Assembly (NCBI GenBank): GCA_028534125.1
Contig: CM052818.1
Coordinates: 13,208,001-13,272,000, forward strand
DNA from: Lama glama
Lineage: Eukaryota
Reading direction: 5' to 3'
DNA: 64,000 nt
Each line of letters begins with the position of its first letter. Positions within the stretch are counted from its first letter, which is position 1. The notes under the pieces are model-generated. The model was given only the letters and a program-made list of their open reading frames with translations. It was not told the DNA's origin and did no database searches. The translations under genes and the position numbers were made by a program. Below, in pieces: positions 40,251 through 53,535 of this stretch.

Positions 40251-42690
40251 TAACTAACCATGATCTCCTTTATTCGAGAAGTAACACATAAATGTTCATT
40301 TGATCATGCCAGAATGATAAATTGAGCACAAATATTTTCCTCCTTTTTTGGAACTCAGCTGTACACCATAGAATTTTTTGCAGCAATTAGAAGCAAAAAT
40401 CCAAACATGCTTACAGCAAGTATAGAGTCTAATTTGTTTTAATGTACTGTTTAGTAGTGGAAAATGTGAGATATGCAAGATTTAGGAATATAATGTATGT
40501 AAATTAAAAATGCATATATGCAAAACCACAAAACACTATATATTCTTGAGGGAAACATGTATATCCTATATATGTATATATGCTAAGCACACTGGAATGG
40601 CTGCTTACGGAAGAGAGGGGAAAGAAAGCGGGGATCAGGATGAAAGGAGGAGAAATAATAAAGCAAGAGAGCTTCCTGGCATCTATATGTTGATAATGTG
40701 CCATCAACTGGGAAATATTACTAATTTGCCAAATATACAATTTTACATTCTAAATTCTTTTTCTTTTTTGAAAAGGCACTCAGAAACATTTATTGAATGG
40801 GTTAATGAAAAGGCATTGATCTAAAATTAGTATTTAGAGCAATAGGACAGACTGATGATGCTTCCTTTTGTGCTTCTATATTCTGATCTAAACTTAGATT
40901 TGTCTGTCAAATTGGCAAGCATTAAAAAATTGTAACAAATTTTGTTAGCCAAGTTATGGAGAAAGGGGCACTTTCAAATTACTGATAGGAGTGTAAAATG
41001 GTACATTTTTCTTAAAATCAGTATTTATTGAGATCCATAAAAATAGTTATAGCCTTTAACCCAACTTCTACTTTTATGAATTTATCATAAAAATAATTTG
41101 CATCATATTTATATAAGATGATTTTGAGCCACTATTACTTGAAATAGCAGAAAATTGCAAATAATGTAAGTCAATTATATTGGTTAGATAAATTATGATA
41201 TATCTATATGATAGAATTAAATTTAATTAATACGTAATATATAAGAAAATGTTTATGATATATTACTAAGCAGATGTAGCATTCTAAAATATTTCATGCA
41301 ATACCAACTTTGAAAACAGGAAGATTATATATTAAAATGTTGATGTAGATCTCTGCCTTAATATATTAATCCAATGAATATTTTGTGGTGGAATTGTGTA
41401 CGATTTCTATATTCTTTGTCCCTATCTATAGCACATACGTATTTTACAGAAAAATATTAGAACAACAAACATCAGTGAATACATCAATTATAATTCCACC
41501 TATCATACTATTATATTTCAAAGGCACGAAAAGATGGTTATTTCCATGCTAAATTCTTAAAATGACATGCTTCCATCTTTGCAGAATTCTCAGATCTTTG
41601 TCACGTGTATGTTTTAATCATTACTCAGTCATACTTTGCTGGGTCACCTTGAGCCACTGCATCATTCCATGTTAATAATTAAATAGAAAGTCATTTTGAG
41701 ATAAGAATAAAGATAAACAACATATTCCCTGTAATTTTCTAGAATTTAACCAAGAATACATTAAACATTTTGTGGAGGTTTGTGACTAAAATCAAGGGTA
41801 TCCATTTCATCATCAACGTGGGTGTTCTACGGTTCAGTCATGTCGGGACAAAAGAGAAATGACAAAGCATTATGACGCACTTGAAGCTAAGAGCACTATT
41901 AAAACCCAGGCTGCCTTTTACTTTAATAATAAAGAATAAATGTTATTTAATTTTTTTACTCTGAAACATAAAATCCTGGAGGGATGGAGAGATAAGCAAG
42001 GCTGGGTGGCATCAAAATTCAAACACTGATACATTTTCTATTCTTCTATGAGTAATAGCTAGTTTTAGTATCTCATCACTTTAATAAATAAATCTTCTTG
42101 GGGGAAAGCTAAAAAACCTCACACATAAAAACTAGCCTGAATCCAAATTTAACTTTCACTGAGAGCAAATGTTACCTTAAATCACATATTTTAATTCCAC
42201 TCTAATGGGTATAGTCATAAAAACAAATGTGATATTTTCAGTCAATTAAACACACACCAATACCAAAATGAGGCTTGTTGGTAGTCAGAGGAAGGGTGGC
42301 ATATTCCAAGGCAAAAAGTTTGCGGTTAACATCATCTGAAGGGTAGTATTTTTTAATGATTAGTTACTATTCTAAGATGTTGCTAAGATTTAGAAAAGTA
42401 ATGAGTTTTTGTTAAGTGCACATTTACAAGCCAGTCTACCACCTGTTGCTTTTAACTACTGGCTTCTTTGATGTAATTTTTTAAATTGCATTACGTAGAT
42501 GACTTGAGTTATGAACAACCCATAAGATCAGATATATTTAAAACTTATAAATGCAGTTAATGTGAAAAACATTAAGAAATTGATTTTGATGTCTTTCTTT
42601 TTAAAAATGACAACCCTATCTAGATCTGTAACTCTCATGATATCTCCTTCTCCACACAGGAGGCATAAGCCTGTCCTTTATATCACATAT

Positions 42691-43060
42691 TATTAAGGAC
42701 TGAATGTATTTTCCCAAAGTCCATACACTGAAGCCCCAAACCCCATACCTCGCCCAGTGTGGCTGTATTTGGAGAAGGGGCCTCTAAGGAAGTAATTAAG
42801 GTTAAATGAGGTTATAAAGCCGGGGCCCTGATCCCACAGGGCCTTATCATTCTCTTTCCTAGAGAACACATAAAAGAGGTCACTTGTGTACAAAAGGCAG
42901 CCATCCATAAGTCAGAAAAAGAGCCCTCACAGGAACTAAACTGGCCAGAACCTTGATCTTGCACTTCTAGCCTCTAGAACTGGGAGTAAATAAATTTCTG
43001 TTGTTTAAGCCACCCTGTCTATGCTATTTTGTTATGGCAGCCCAAGTAGACTAACAGATA
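42691..43060 (+). mobile_element. ERVL-MaLR solo LTR (MLT1A/B-like)
   Basis: gtatttggagaaggggcctctaaggaagtaattaaggttaaatgagg...aataaatttctgttgtttaagccaccc...ttgttatggcagccc. Degenerate 5-bp TSD catat/cttat. Confidence 0.8.
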
Positions 43061-46000
43061 CTTATTTCTTGTAGTTTATATATTTGTTTGGTACTTATTT
43101 TGCACCAAAACAAATTTGGGTTATTGATTGATTGGCATCTACTAAATACAAGCTCCTTCTACTATCTAGACTTTGAATCCATTCTGCAAATTGGGGATTA
43201 TGAGCACATGGCGCCCGTGCTACCATTCTCCATTCCTAAATAAGTAGTAGACATTACTAATTGATCACAGCATTCTTTTCTACTGAATCTAGCCCAGACT
43301 TTATAATCTTTGTCAGCAATCCAAGCAGCCATCATCAATTGATGATGAGGTAGACATTTAAGTTGAAATCTATGTATCTTTTGGGTATCAGACTATTAGC
43401 TCATTGAGTGCTTGGATATTATCTTATTTCTTTTTTATAGCCTATAACCCTTCACACGACAGAAGATCAGTAAGTAATCAGTAAATTAAATAAACTATAT
43501 CCTGAGTATAAGCCTTCTATAAAGAAAGTTCCCTATACAAGAGCTTTAGGCTTTGAGTCAAGATAAACTTGTCTTGACTCTGCACAAATGCATGAGAAAA
43601 AAAGCATCATGTGTACTTTTAACTTTGACAGAATTTTCATTAAGTATGAATAATGAAGTCATAATAAGGATCATAAGAATAATTCATAACTATAATGCAT
43701 AATTCATAATAATAAATGGTGTATTATGCATCATTATATATGAAGTTCAAAGCTGGAAAATACAAGGACACAAAAGAGTGGAAAGCCCAGCCCCTTGCCT
43801 TGAAGAACTCCCCATCCAGTTGACACATTAGACTCTTACACATGAACATTTCACTCACAATATGAACAGAATGTGACAAGTGCAACTGCCAAGTGAATGG
43901 TTTTGATAATAGGAGCATAAGTATTCAGAGGAAGGAGGGGAAGATTTTTCTTTCAGGCTAAAAGGACATTCTATAGGTGAACCAATTCTTGAAAAGTTCA
44001 GTTTTCTTCCTCTATTTTGTATAACAGGCTCTCCTGTGGTCTTCTGTTGATTATCACATTAGCTATTCAGGATCATTGCCTGTTCCCCAAACAGGTGCAT
44101 ACTCTCTGCACTGCTCTGCCCCATCATATGTGAAGCAGATGGAGGGGAATGATTTTCTTAATCCTTGAGCAGCCTGGGAGGTGCAGTGTGTCCTCCCTTG
44201 GGTGACTCGGTCTCCTGTGGTCAAAGTCTTGCCATCCTGATTTAAGACATTCTCATCTTCATTAGCAATTCACAGCAACAGTAAAGATGTGAGGCTCCGA
44301 AACTACTTTGGGGGTCAAAATCTAAAAACTAACAAACTGGTTGGGTTTTTTACCCTCAGACAGATACCTCTTAGGGCTACACTTAACTTTACTCAGTTAA
44401 GTCAGGAGAGCAGCACTTACATTTTTAACTAAGAAAGAATTTGGCCTTGCTGGACTAGTGGTAATGAGTCACCATTATCCTTAAAATTACCAAGAAAATA
44501 GCCTCTCACCCATCACATGGTAAGCAATTAGCAAATTAGCAGTGTATTTTTATCAGCATTTGATTACAAAGAGACTCTAAATCATTCTGTGAGTCTGGTC
44601 ATTTTCTTTTTAAGTGGAAACTAGATGAAGAAGAAAAAGTATCAAACTTCCCATGTATGAAGACTCAAAATACCCTTTAAGACCCTGAAACTCCTATCAA
44701 GTGGCAGCCAGAGTTTTTAGACAAGTTCACTATAGTAGAGACTAAGAATCATGCCGTAGAGAACTTTTGCCCTGGCAGTCGTCCAGTTTATTTATAGAAT
44801 GGGATAAAAGAAAAGAAATATCCCCAGGCTCCATGGTGGGTGCCATAAAGAGGCATTGCCTGTTTCCCTCTACATTAAACACACACACACACAAATAATG
44901 TCTTGTTATCAAGGTGTAGAACCACATACCCTCCACCTTCAACTTTTTACCTTCAACCCCACTGCTGTAGGACACCTGGATCTCAGGATAAGAGGAACCC
45001 AGAATCTGGCTGATGGAGCTACATATTTTTAAGAACGAGGCTTAAAATGACTTCCTATTTGAGAAAACCTGGAAATTGATATCGCTTTCCCTGCTTAAAA
45101 AGGTGAAAAATTTTTATTACCAAGTGAATCACTTTCTCCAGCTGTAAACAAACAACTGAAACAGCACAAAGGACAGAAATACTGCAAAAAGGGAGAAGGA
45201 AGGGGTGAAGGCCACCATTCTTAATCTCATGTTTGAAGAGGTAAATAGGCACAGGACTCTTTCTGGTCCCACTTCTTCCACACCTGGACAGAGGGGCAGA
45301 AGCAGGGCTGGCAAGAGCATACACCCAGCCCCCCACACCACCTGCTCTCCCTCCCACCACCTGCTCAGCTGGAGAAATCATTGTGTAAGTGGTTTTCTGG
45401 CTCTTCTCAAAAGAGAAATCCCCAAAGGAATCCCCAGCAAGTGATGAGCTATTTGGCTGGAGTCCCAGGGATGAGAGGGAAGAAGGAAAATAAAAGAAGA
45501 GGAAGCAAGTCAACATTTCTGAGTTCCTAGGTAATGCCAGACATGTTTAATCTTTTTAATTCTAGTCTTCAGATATGAGACATTGGATTCAGGTGAGACC
45601 TAGATTTGACCCACCATATTTGCCACTTACTAACTCTTTCTGAAAGTCAGTGATCTCATCTGTAAAGTGGGGTTGCTAATAATCTTCTAGGATTATGGAG
45701 AAGATTATGTGAGGTTATGCATGTATCCTTCTTAATGTAATAAGTGGTAGCAACATTTATCAAAAATTAGCTCCATTTTATGCATGAAATACATGACTCA
45801 AAAGTGTGGGTAACTCTCCCACCAAGTGATACCCAGAAGACTGTACATTTCCTCCTGAGATGATGCTTGTGCAAAACATCCCACAAGCAAGCATGTCTTT
45901 AAAAGGCACAGACATTCTATACATTCAGGAGTCACTTATCAAACTCCCTTCATAATAACATGAAAAAATGATCTTTGAAAGCAACCTTGAGATCCTGCAT

Positions 46001-46207
46001 GTTGGTACCTGCCCCAGGCCATCCTAGAGGTCAGAATGAGAACACAGGGTGCTGAGGGCTCCATGGAGCTCCTTCCTGACAGACAAGGCTCTCTTGTTGC
46101 TTTCCTCCACCTCTCTTGTGGATGTGTTCCCTTGCATTTTCTTCCCCAGACTTCAGCCGTAGCACTCCTGCCCCACTCCTTCTGATGGGATTCTTACCCA
46201 TGGATCT

Positions 46208-46580
46208 TGTGGTAGAAACAGAATTCTCACCAAATATTATCCTTTCTCTCCTACATTTCCTGACTCCCATAAAATTACAGGGCCATCTGACTAGTTCTTG
46301 CCAGTAAAATGTAACCAGAAGTGACATGTATCACCTTTGCAGCAAGGCAGTGAAAAGCCCATGCAAGATTCTCCAGTCTTATTTCTCCTGCTATGGAGCA
46401 TAAAGTCTACATGTCCTAGATGATGCAGATACTAAAATAGCAGAGACTTGGTTAGCTCGGGTCCCTGAGTGACTGAGTGGAGCAGATCATCACACCAAAC
46501 TGCACTGGATACCTGGAATAAGAACTAAACTTACATTTTGTTAAAACAATTATTTGGGGCTGTGTGTTATTACAGCACAA
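46208..46580 (+). mobile_element. ERVL-MaLR LTR (MLT1I/J-like)
   Basis: tgtggtagaaacag...gccatctgactagttcttgccagtaaaatgtaaccagaagtgacatgtatcac. Confidence 0.6.
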
Positions 46581-48479
46581 TTTATGCAAAATTCAATCCC
46601 TGCCTATAAGTTAGAAGTGCGTCTCTTGTTCGTGGCCACCTCTCCATGACTCCCATGTTAGTTCTCATTTTGCCTTTTTGATCCTAGCATGCTTTTTAGC
46701 AAGTGCAGAACCTGAAGTTCTAGTCACCTCTCACGAGTTAATGATCTGAGTCACTCCTCTTTTCTCTCCCAAATCCTACCTCAGCCCCGAGTTGGTCAGG
46801 AGCTGACCCAGCTGGAGAATAGCTAAGTCAAACAGAACAGAGAACGTAGCAGGGAGTTCTCAGCTGAAACAGAGAGAGTCACTAGAGCACGGGTGGCAAA
46901 AGAAGAGAGAATTGACGTAGCAGAGGTTGGGGGTAAATCAGATGGGGTCATGCAGAAGTAGGAGTTAAAGTTGGAATCTTGAATCCAAGTGCTTCAGGAT
47001 GGGAAGATGAGGCAAAAGGGAAAGTGAATCATGATCAAAGATTGGATGGTCCTGGGCAATTCCCTCCAACCCTGGTTGGTATACATGGCTCACCTCTACC
47101 GGGTCAGCAGGTGAGATTGCAGAGGTAGTTCTCCTGGCTTCAAGGATCAGCTGTCTACTGGCTCAGAAGCACCAATTAATCTGTAGTGCTAGGTGATCTG
47201 TTAAAGCCTATCACACAAGTTAATGCACTAGGAAACATGGTTTATTTCATGCTCTTTGGTGCGTGATTCCTCTTTTCCCTCAAATCCTGCAATTCATACA
47301 TCTTTTACCAGTGGGTTCCAACCTAACATGCTTAAATACTTGCTTCAGAATCTAAAAGCTTACAATCTTATTCACTTGTGTAATGCAGTTTCCCCAGAAT
47401 AAGCACAGAGCTAATTGAGGAACTTAATGACTAATTTCTCAAGCCAAACAAGATGTTCATATTATCTTTTAACATTCAAGTTTGTGACCAGATTATCTGA
47501 TTTGGTTATGACAGCAATAATCACACCTTACACCCCAAATAACATTAAAAATCAATGTGCAGTGGAAAAGTTAATTAAGATTATGAAATATTAATTATCC
47601 TTTTTGATCTTTTCATTTAAAAAATCCATTCTTCCTTCATTTGCACTATATTCAAAGTTGAACTGTGGATGATGTATCTCTGAATTTACAAGGCTATAAC
47701 CAGTGATATTTACAAGATAAATCTTCATATCACACACTGAATATTCAATGAGAAGCAGCACACTGCCCAGTAGCTCCTCTATTATTGATACTCTGCATAG
47801 CTGGAGAAACTGTAAATCTTTGCATATAGCCCAAATTAAGTTTGCGATTGAATGAAAAGTCAAAAAATCCATCTATTTCAGGCCTCCGATGTGGTGGGAG
47901 AAGATGTTGCCATCAGTGAGCTTTCTAAAATGATCATTTTAAACCAAGCCAAATGCTCTTACCTTGCAGGAACACAGAGTTCACTTCTAGAGGGACTTCC
48001 ACATCACTAACCTCCACCTGACTATATTTAAGAACAGAGTCCATTGTTCAACTCTTTTACCTTTCAAAATTGTTTTTTTACTTTCTGCATGTGAGACCTC
48101 ATATATCCTATTCACCTTCTGCCAATGTAATAATCCCCATTACTGCTGAAACTGAGGAAAGCAGGAGTTTGTGAAAGTATAAGTGTTTAAAATCTGAAAT
48201 GTTAAGACATTTTCATATTCTAAACCCCTTCCTTTTTACAAAGATAGTGCTACTGTTAGCACCTGTGGAGGTGGTATCAATTTAATTTTTGTTGTGCTTG
48301 TCAGGACACATAAATGTTTTATTTGATGTTCTTGGCATGTTGGATGGTTAGTATATTACTAAACAGACAAACTAAGTTGAAATAGGGTAGCTTACGAGAG
48401 AGACATCCCCGACTCTTTATTTTACAATTGTAGTAGATTCTACTTTTCTTGTGAGAAACTTCTTCTGGGGCTTCTGTCC

Positions 48480-48990
48480 CTAGATGGGGAGGTGTGGAGC
48501 ACCCCAGAACCAGTTAAGGCTGCCAAAATTATAAAAGGAAATACGACTACTCCATTGTCTGGGACTCTGGAGCAGGAATTGTTGCTCCCTGCTCACCTCT
48601 ACACTCTAGAGACTGCCTAAGGGCTTTCCTCTGGCAGTGAAAGTGTACTTGGCCACCCTTAGAGCAAGCAAGAGTCATGAAGGGTTAAAGTATCCAGGAG
48701 AAGCCCTCAACCAGTGACTGACGGGAGCTTGGTGTATAGATGCCATGTTATTGCCTCTCAGCTGGGATCATTCTGAAGCAAGTTCTACACTACTTCCTAG
48801 AGTTTCCCAGAGGGTTGAGCTTCATCACCCATTGGTAATTGTCGGATACATTATCTTTTACCAGCTTCCTTCACTTCTCTATCTTATTTCTTAACTGCCT
48901 TACGGATATTTCTTAGGATCACCTCCTAAATAAACTATTTACACTTGAATCCTTGCCTAAAGGTCTGTTTTTAGAGGAATGCAAAGTCAA
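48480..48990 (+). mobile_element. ERVL LTR (LTR16-like)
   Basis: agccctcaaccagtgactgacgggag...ggatcacctcctaaataaactatttacacttgaatccttg. Confidence 0.65.
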
Positions 48991-49411
48991 ATGCCCTGTG
49001 TTTTTGAAGATTCAAAAGAAAAAGCCATGTGACTCCTAATGATGGATAACTAGACAGAGAAAGGTGATTCTGGGTCCACAGAATAATGAACAGAATTGGG
49101 TCTGATCCTGACTTTTGATTACTGTAGTAGCTCTGGATGGAAACATGAATAAGAAAACTTCCAGCCTTGGAGTCCAAGCATAAGCAGCTTGGCCAAGGTT
49201 AGCCCAAGGGAGTGGGATCATATCCCCCAAGAGTTGCAGAGGAAGATCACCCCCTCTTCACAGCAAGGGAACAGTAACTGCGAGCAGGCAGTGCAGCACC
49301 AAACTTCTATTAGTGACATTACTTAGTGATGGAACCTACTGTGGTTACTGAACCCAGCGATACTTTGCGCACAGAGTTCAGAGGTAATCTTTTTTGACTG
49401 TGAAAACTCCT

Positions 49412-49590
49412 AGAGCTGTGCTATCCAATATGGTAGTCACGACCCACATGGGGCTATTTAAATTTTAATCTGAATTAATTTAAATTAAATTAAAAGTTCA
49501 GCTCTTAATTTGCAATAGCTCATTTCAAGTGTTCAATAATCACATGTGGGTAGCATCACGGCAGGAAGTTCTATTGGAAGATGCCTCCCT
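49412..49590. mobile_element. MER3-like hAT-Charlie MITE
   Basis: gctgtgctatccaatatggtagtcac...catttcaagtgttcaataatcacatgtg...gaagttctattgga. Confidence 0.6.
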
Positions 49591-49657
49591 AGAGTTACTA
49601 AGCAGTTCAGGAGGAAGGGAAATCTCAAGGAAGAAAGACATACTAAACTCTTGACAA

Positions 49658-49912
49658 TAGGGATCTAATGTATAGCATGGTGGTTATAGTTAACAACAAA
49701 GTACTACATACTGAAGTTTGCTGAAAGAGTAAATCTTAAATTTTCTCACCACAGAAAAGAAATGGTAATTATGTGAGGTGATGGAGATTTAATTAACACT
49801 ACAGTGGTAAACTTTCTGCAGTGTATAAGTGTACCAAAGAATTTTTTTGTACACCTTAAATCTATATAATATTATATGTCAATTATATATTAATAAAACT
49901 GGGGGAAAAAAA
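49658..49912 (+). mobile_element. L1 3' end (L1MA-type)
   Basis: gggatctaatgtatagcatggtggttatagttaacaa...tgtacaccttaaa...atgtcaattatatattaataaaactggggg and short A tail. Confidence 0.75.
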
Positions 49913-52900
49913 CACAGGATAAGAGGCACTAAGGTAGTCATTCTAAAAGTAAAAAAGATATGCCTTTATATGCACCTTAAATTTGTGAACAGTTCATATT
50001 AGTTACAGAATTATAGAAGTTACAAAATTATAGAATGACTGAAAGAGAGTTTAGAAATTATGTAGGTCAAACTCCTGAACTAATATTTACAAGCTAGCAT
50101 GAAAATAAGATGAGGTACCTGTGACTCCTGGAAGAAGTAATACATAAATGCTAAGGGAGCTATAAAATCTTTATTGCAATTAAAGAGATGGAGATTAATT
50201 TTAGCTGGGGCCAATAAAGGCAGTCTTCATGGAGAAGGTGGCATCTTCAATAAGCCTTGAAGTATACCTAAGATTTCAGTAGATGGAAAAGCGAGGATAA
50301 GAGGTGGGGCACTCAGTTTGAAGACAGAGGCAAGAAAGCAGAAGCCAAGTTCAGGGAAGGTTTATGAGTCAGATTGTCTCTGTAGTGAACCAATGGACTG
50401 GAACCACTTGAAGAAGAACCAAGTAAGTCAAATGAAGTCTCCCTCCTAGCACAAAGCTAGACGTAAAGACAAATGTCAGATCTTTTCCTCTCATGTATCC
50501 CTCCTCAGCTATGTATTGTTAGGACAAAAAAAGTGGTTTCTCATCATAAGACCACCCCAAGTGTTCTAATGATCTACACCCTCACGGTCAGCCCCTTTCT
50601 AAAATGCTGCAGGTCTTGAGGCTAATTTTGAAACTACACGAAGGTGGTGCTTTCATTCAGAGCAAACAGAACAGACTGCTGTTTCTATGGTGTGATTTCA
50701 TAAGAAGACGCTGTTATGATGCTCTGTCTCAATCCCCACTCTAAAACCTTATATAATGGCAAATGAAAGAACCCTGACTCTAAATAGCTTAAGCAAATAG
50801 GGGTTTTGTTGGTAGGACTCCGGGGTGGCTCAGAGAATCAGAAAGTGCTTATCTCTCAAGCTCTTAGCAGGACAGGGAGGACAGCAAGGAAGCTCTCAGA
50901 GGAAAACAGAGACTTGCACATCGCCTGGTCTGTCCCTGCCCTGCCTGCATGCTGTTCCCCCGGGTTGCTCCTCATCCTCCCTATCTGCAGACATGCTCTG
51001 TCACCCAGCTGTGGACACGGCATCACAGAGGCAAACCTGCACCCTCATGGTTCTGTCACCAGAGAGGGCAGCTCCCATTTCTGAACTCCCAAAGAAGAAC
51101 TCATAAGGCATCTCTGGACTCATTGCTCGGGCCAGGGAACTAGCGACATATAAAATGATGTCAGTCCTCATTTAGACCACATGACCAGGGTTGGGAGGAG
51201 AGGAGTAGTCTCCCTCAAAAGAAGAGGGCAAGAAGGGGAAGACAGAATCTGGCTCAGACATGAGCTCTGGGGAGATCATTGTGGTCAGCCACCTCAGTAT
51301 GAATATCAGGTACAGGGAGCACCAAGAACAGAGTTCTGAGAAAAAGGGCAAGAGTTTGCAAAAGGATCCCCTGTGCCAAGTCCTACTGTGCCAGTCTACC
51401 ATCCCAAGATGTACAGGAGGCCTGACGTTTGTCAAACCAGGGCCTTCTCCTACTCAACTCCAGTCCTGTAACCCTGGGGCCACAGAAGAGCCCAGGACAA
51501 CTGCCCCTAGTTTGCAAAATACACCCATAAGATCCCATAGCAGGAACTTTTCTGTAAGAACCAGGCTGCCATCCAAAGCAAAGCTAAGCCCTGATTCCTA
51601 TCCTCCCCTCTATTAGCTTCAGGATATTGTTTAGGCATACTTTGCATCTTTCATTAAACAGGGACATTTTTAGGATTTGAGTAATAAATAAATACAAAAT
51701 GTATCAGTGTGATGGATGACAATATATTTTAAGATACAAATAAGTTAAAACTAAGTGCGACCCCCAAATGGGAAATCTACTTGAGGAGATGGTTTTCTTG
51801 GCTGGAGACAGGCATCCAAATCTGGCGCTGGCTGTTTACCACACAGAGCCCGAGGCATTACTGACTTTTCTGTGGACTCTGCAATGGTTTACCACATTCA
51901 CTCAAACAAATACATCTCTTCAGAGAGAATAAAACTTTCAAAGGCCTTTGGAGAAAAGAGCCTTTTTCAGCTTGATCTGCAGCTTCCAGAGGTTGCTCAT
52001 TAAAGGGGAAGGGGGCTACAGTCTTGTCCTGACCTTGGGCCGGGTCTGATACATCACCCCAACCTTCAAACAGAGACAAAATCCCAAACACAGATTGCTC
52101 ATAGTCTACATGAGCCTTGAACATCATTGCCAACTACCAGTCTTCTGGATGTTTCCACACTGACCAAATACCATTCTCTCCCTATCCCAGGCTTGGTACC
52201 CCACCTCCCGTTGCCTTCTTTCTCGGTCCCTGCGCGTGGTCACGAAGCAGAGAATGCCTCAGTGTTCTATTGCCTATTGCTTTAGGGTCTACATCCAGGT
52301 TATTAGAAGAGATAGCTAAATATCCGCCAAAAAAGTTAAAAAGAAGTGCGACCACAACACATTTCTGCGTATATATCTGTCCCCTCCCTTGTTTCACACG
52401 TAAAGAATACAGCTTTATGTTGCTATTGCTTCTGAATTGTTTATTCATATTGAATTTATTTTTGACAAGAACCCAGAGAATTTTTTTTTATGTTGCTGCT
52501 AATCCACATCTTTCTGTTACTTCTGCCATTGTTATCTGAGGACCCAAGTACAGAAACATATACACACAAATACATGCATACCCAAATTTTGTTCTCCCTC
52601 TTAGTTTCTTTATGTCAAGTGCAAATTTCACAGGTAGAGACTCCATGGCTCTATTCAAGCCATTTATGACTCTGTGGAACCCCCAAAGGGCCAAGACAGC
52701 TTCAGCATGCCTCTTCCAGTTGATATTCAATCAGTTACCCTAATTATTAATCAGTACCCTATTGAGTACCTCAACAAGCTCTTTGCCCTAGCATCCAGTC
52801 CTCTGATATGAAAACATTAAACAAACAATACTGAGCTTCTACTATGTACTAGGTATCTTGCTGGGTTCTAAAGTTTCATCAAGTTTTTTGAAGAAAGACC

Positions 52901-52964
52901 ATTTTTGACTTAATGAAGCTTAGAGGTAGGCCATAAGGATATCTAACAAGAATTAACATTTCCT

Positions 52965-53290
52965 GAATGTATAAACAAAACAGAAACAGACTTACAGACA
53001 TAGAAAACAAAATGATGATTGTTATGGAAGGGGAAAGGGAATGGGGTGGGACAAATCATGGGTATGATATTAACAGACACAAACTACTATACATAAAATA
53101 GATAAGCAATAAGAATTTACTGTACATTATAGGGAATTTTACCCAATATGTTATAATAATCTATAATGGAATATAATCTGCAAAAACAAAACAAAACAAA
53201 ACAAAACCCAAATCACTGTGCTGTACACCTAGAACTAACACAGTAATGTTATACTTCTATGTACAACTATACTTCAACTTTTTAAAAAGT
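52965..53290 (+). mobile_element. L1 3' UTR fragment with internal (AAAAC)n
   Basis: aaacagaaacagacttacagacatagaaaacaaa...atacataaaatagataagcaataag...atcactgtgctgtacacct. Confidence 0.75.
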
Positions 53291-53299
53291 ATTTTAAAA

Positions 53300-53535
53300 A
53301 GAAGTAGCATTTATTGAATTTGGCATGATTTTAAGCACTTTATGTGTATTGTATTATTTAATCTTGAAAAGCAAACAAAAAATCCTGTGGAAGGTGACAC
53401 TACTTTGTACAGAAGGAAACTGAAGTTTGAGGAGATTAAGTAATTTGCCCAAAGGCACTCTTTCAGAAGTGGTAGAGGTAGGATTCAAACCCAAATGATC
53501 TACTCCAAAGCTGGCACATTTAACTCTCCTGCTAT
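53300..53535 (-). mobile_element. MIR SINE
   Basis: acagaaggaaactgaagtttgaggagattaagtaatttgcccaaag...ggattcaaacccaaatgatctactccaaagc. Confidence 0.7.
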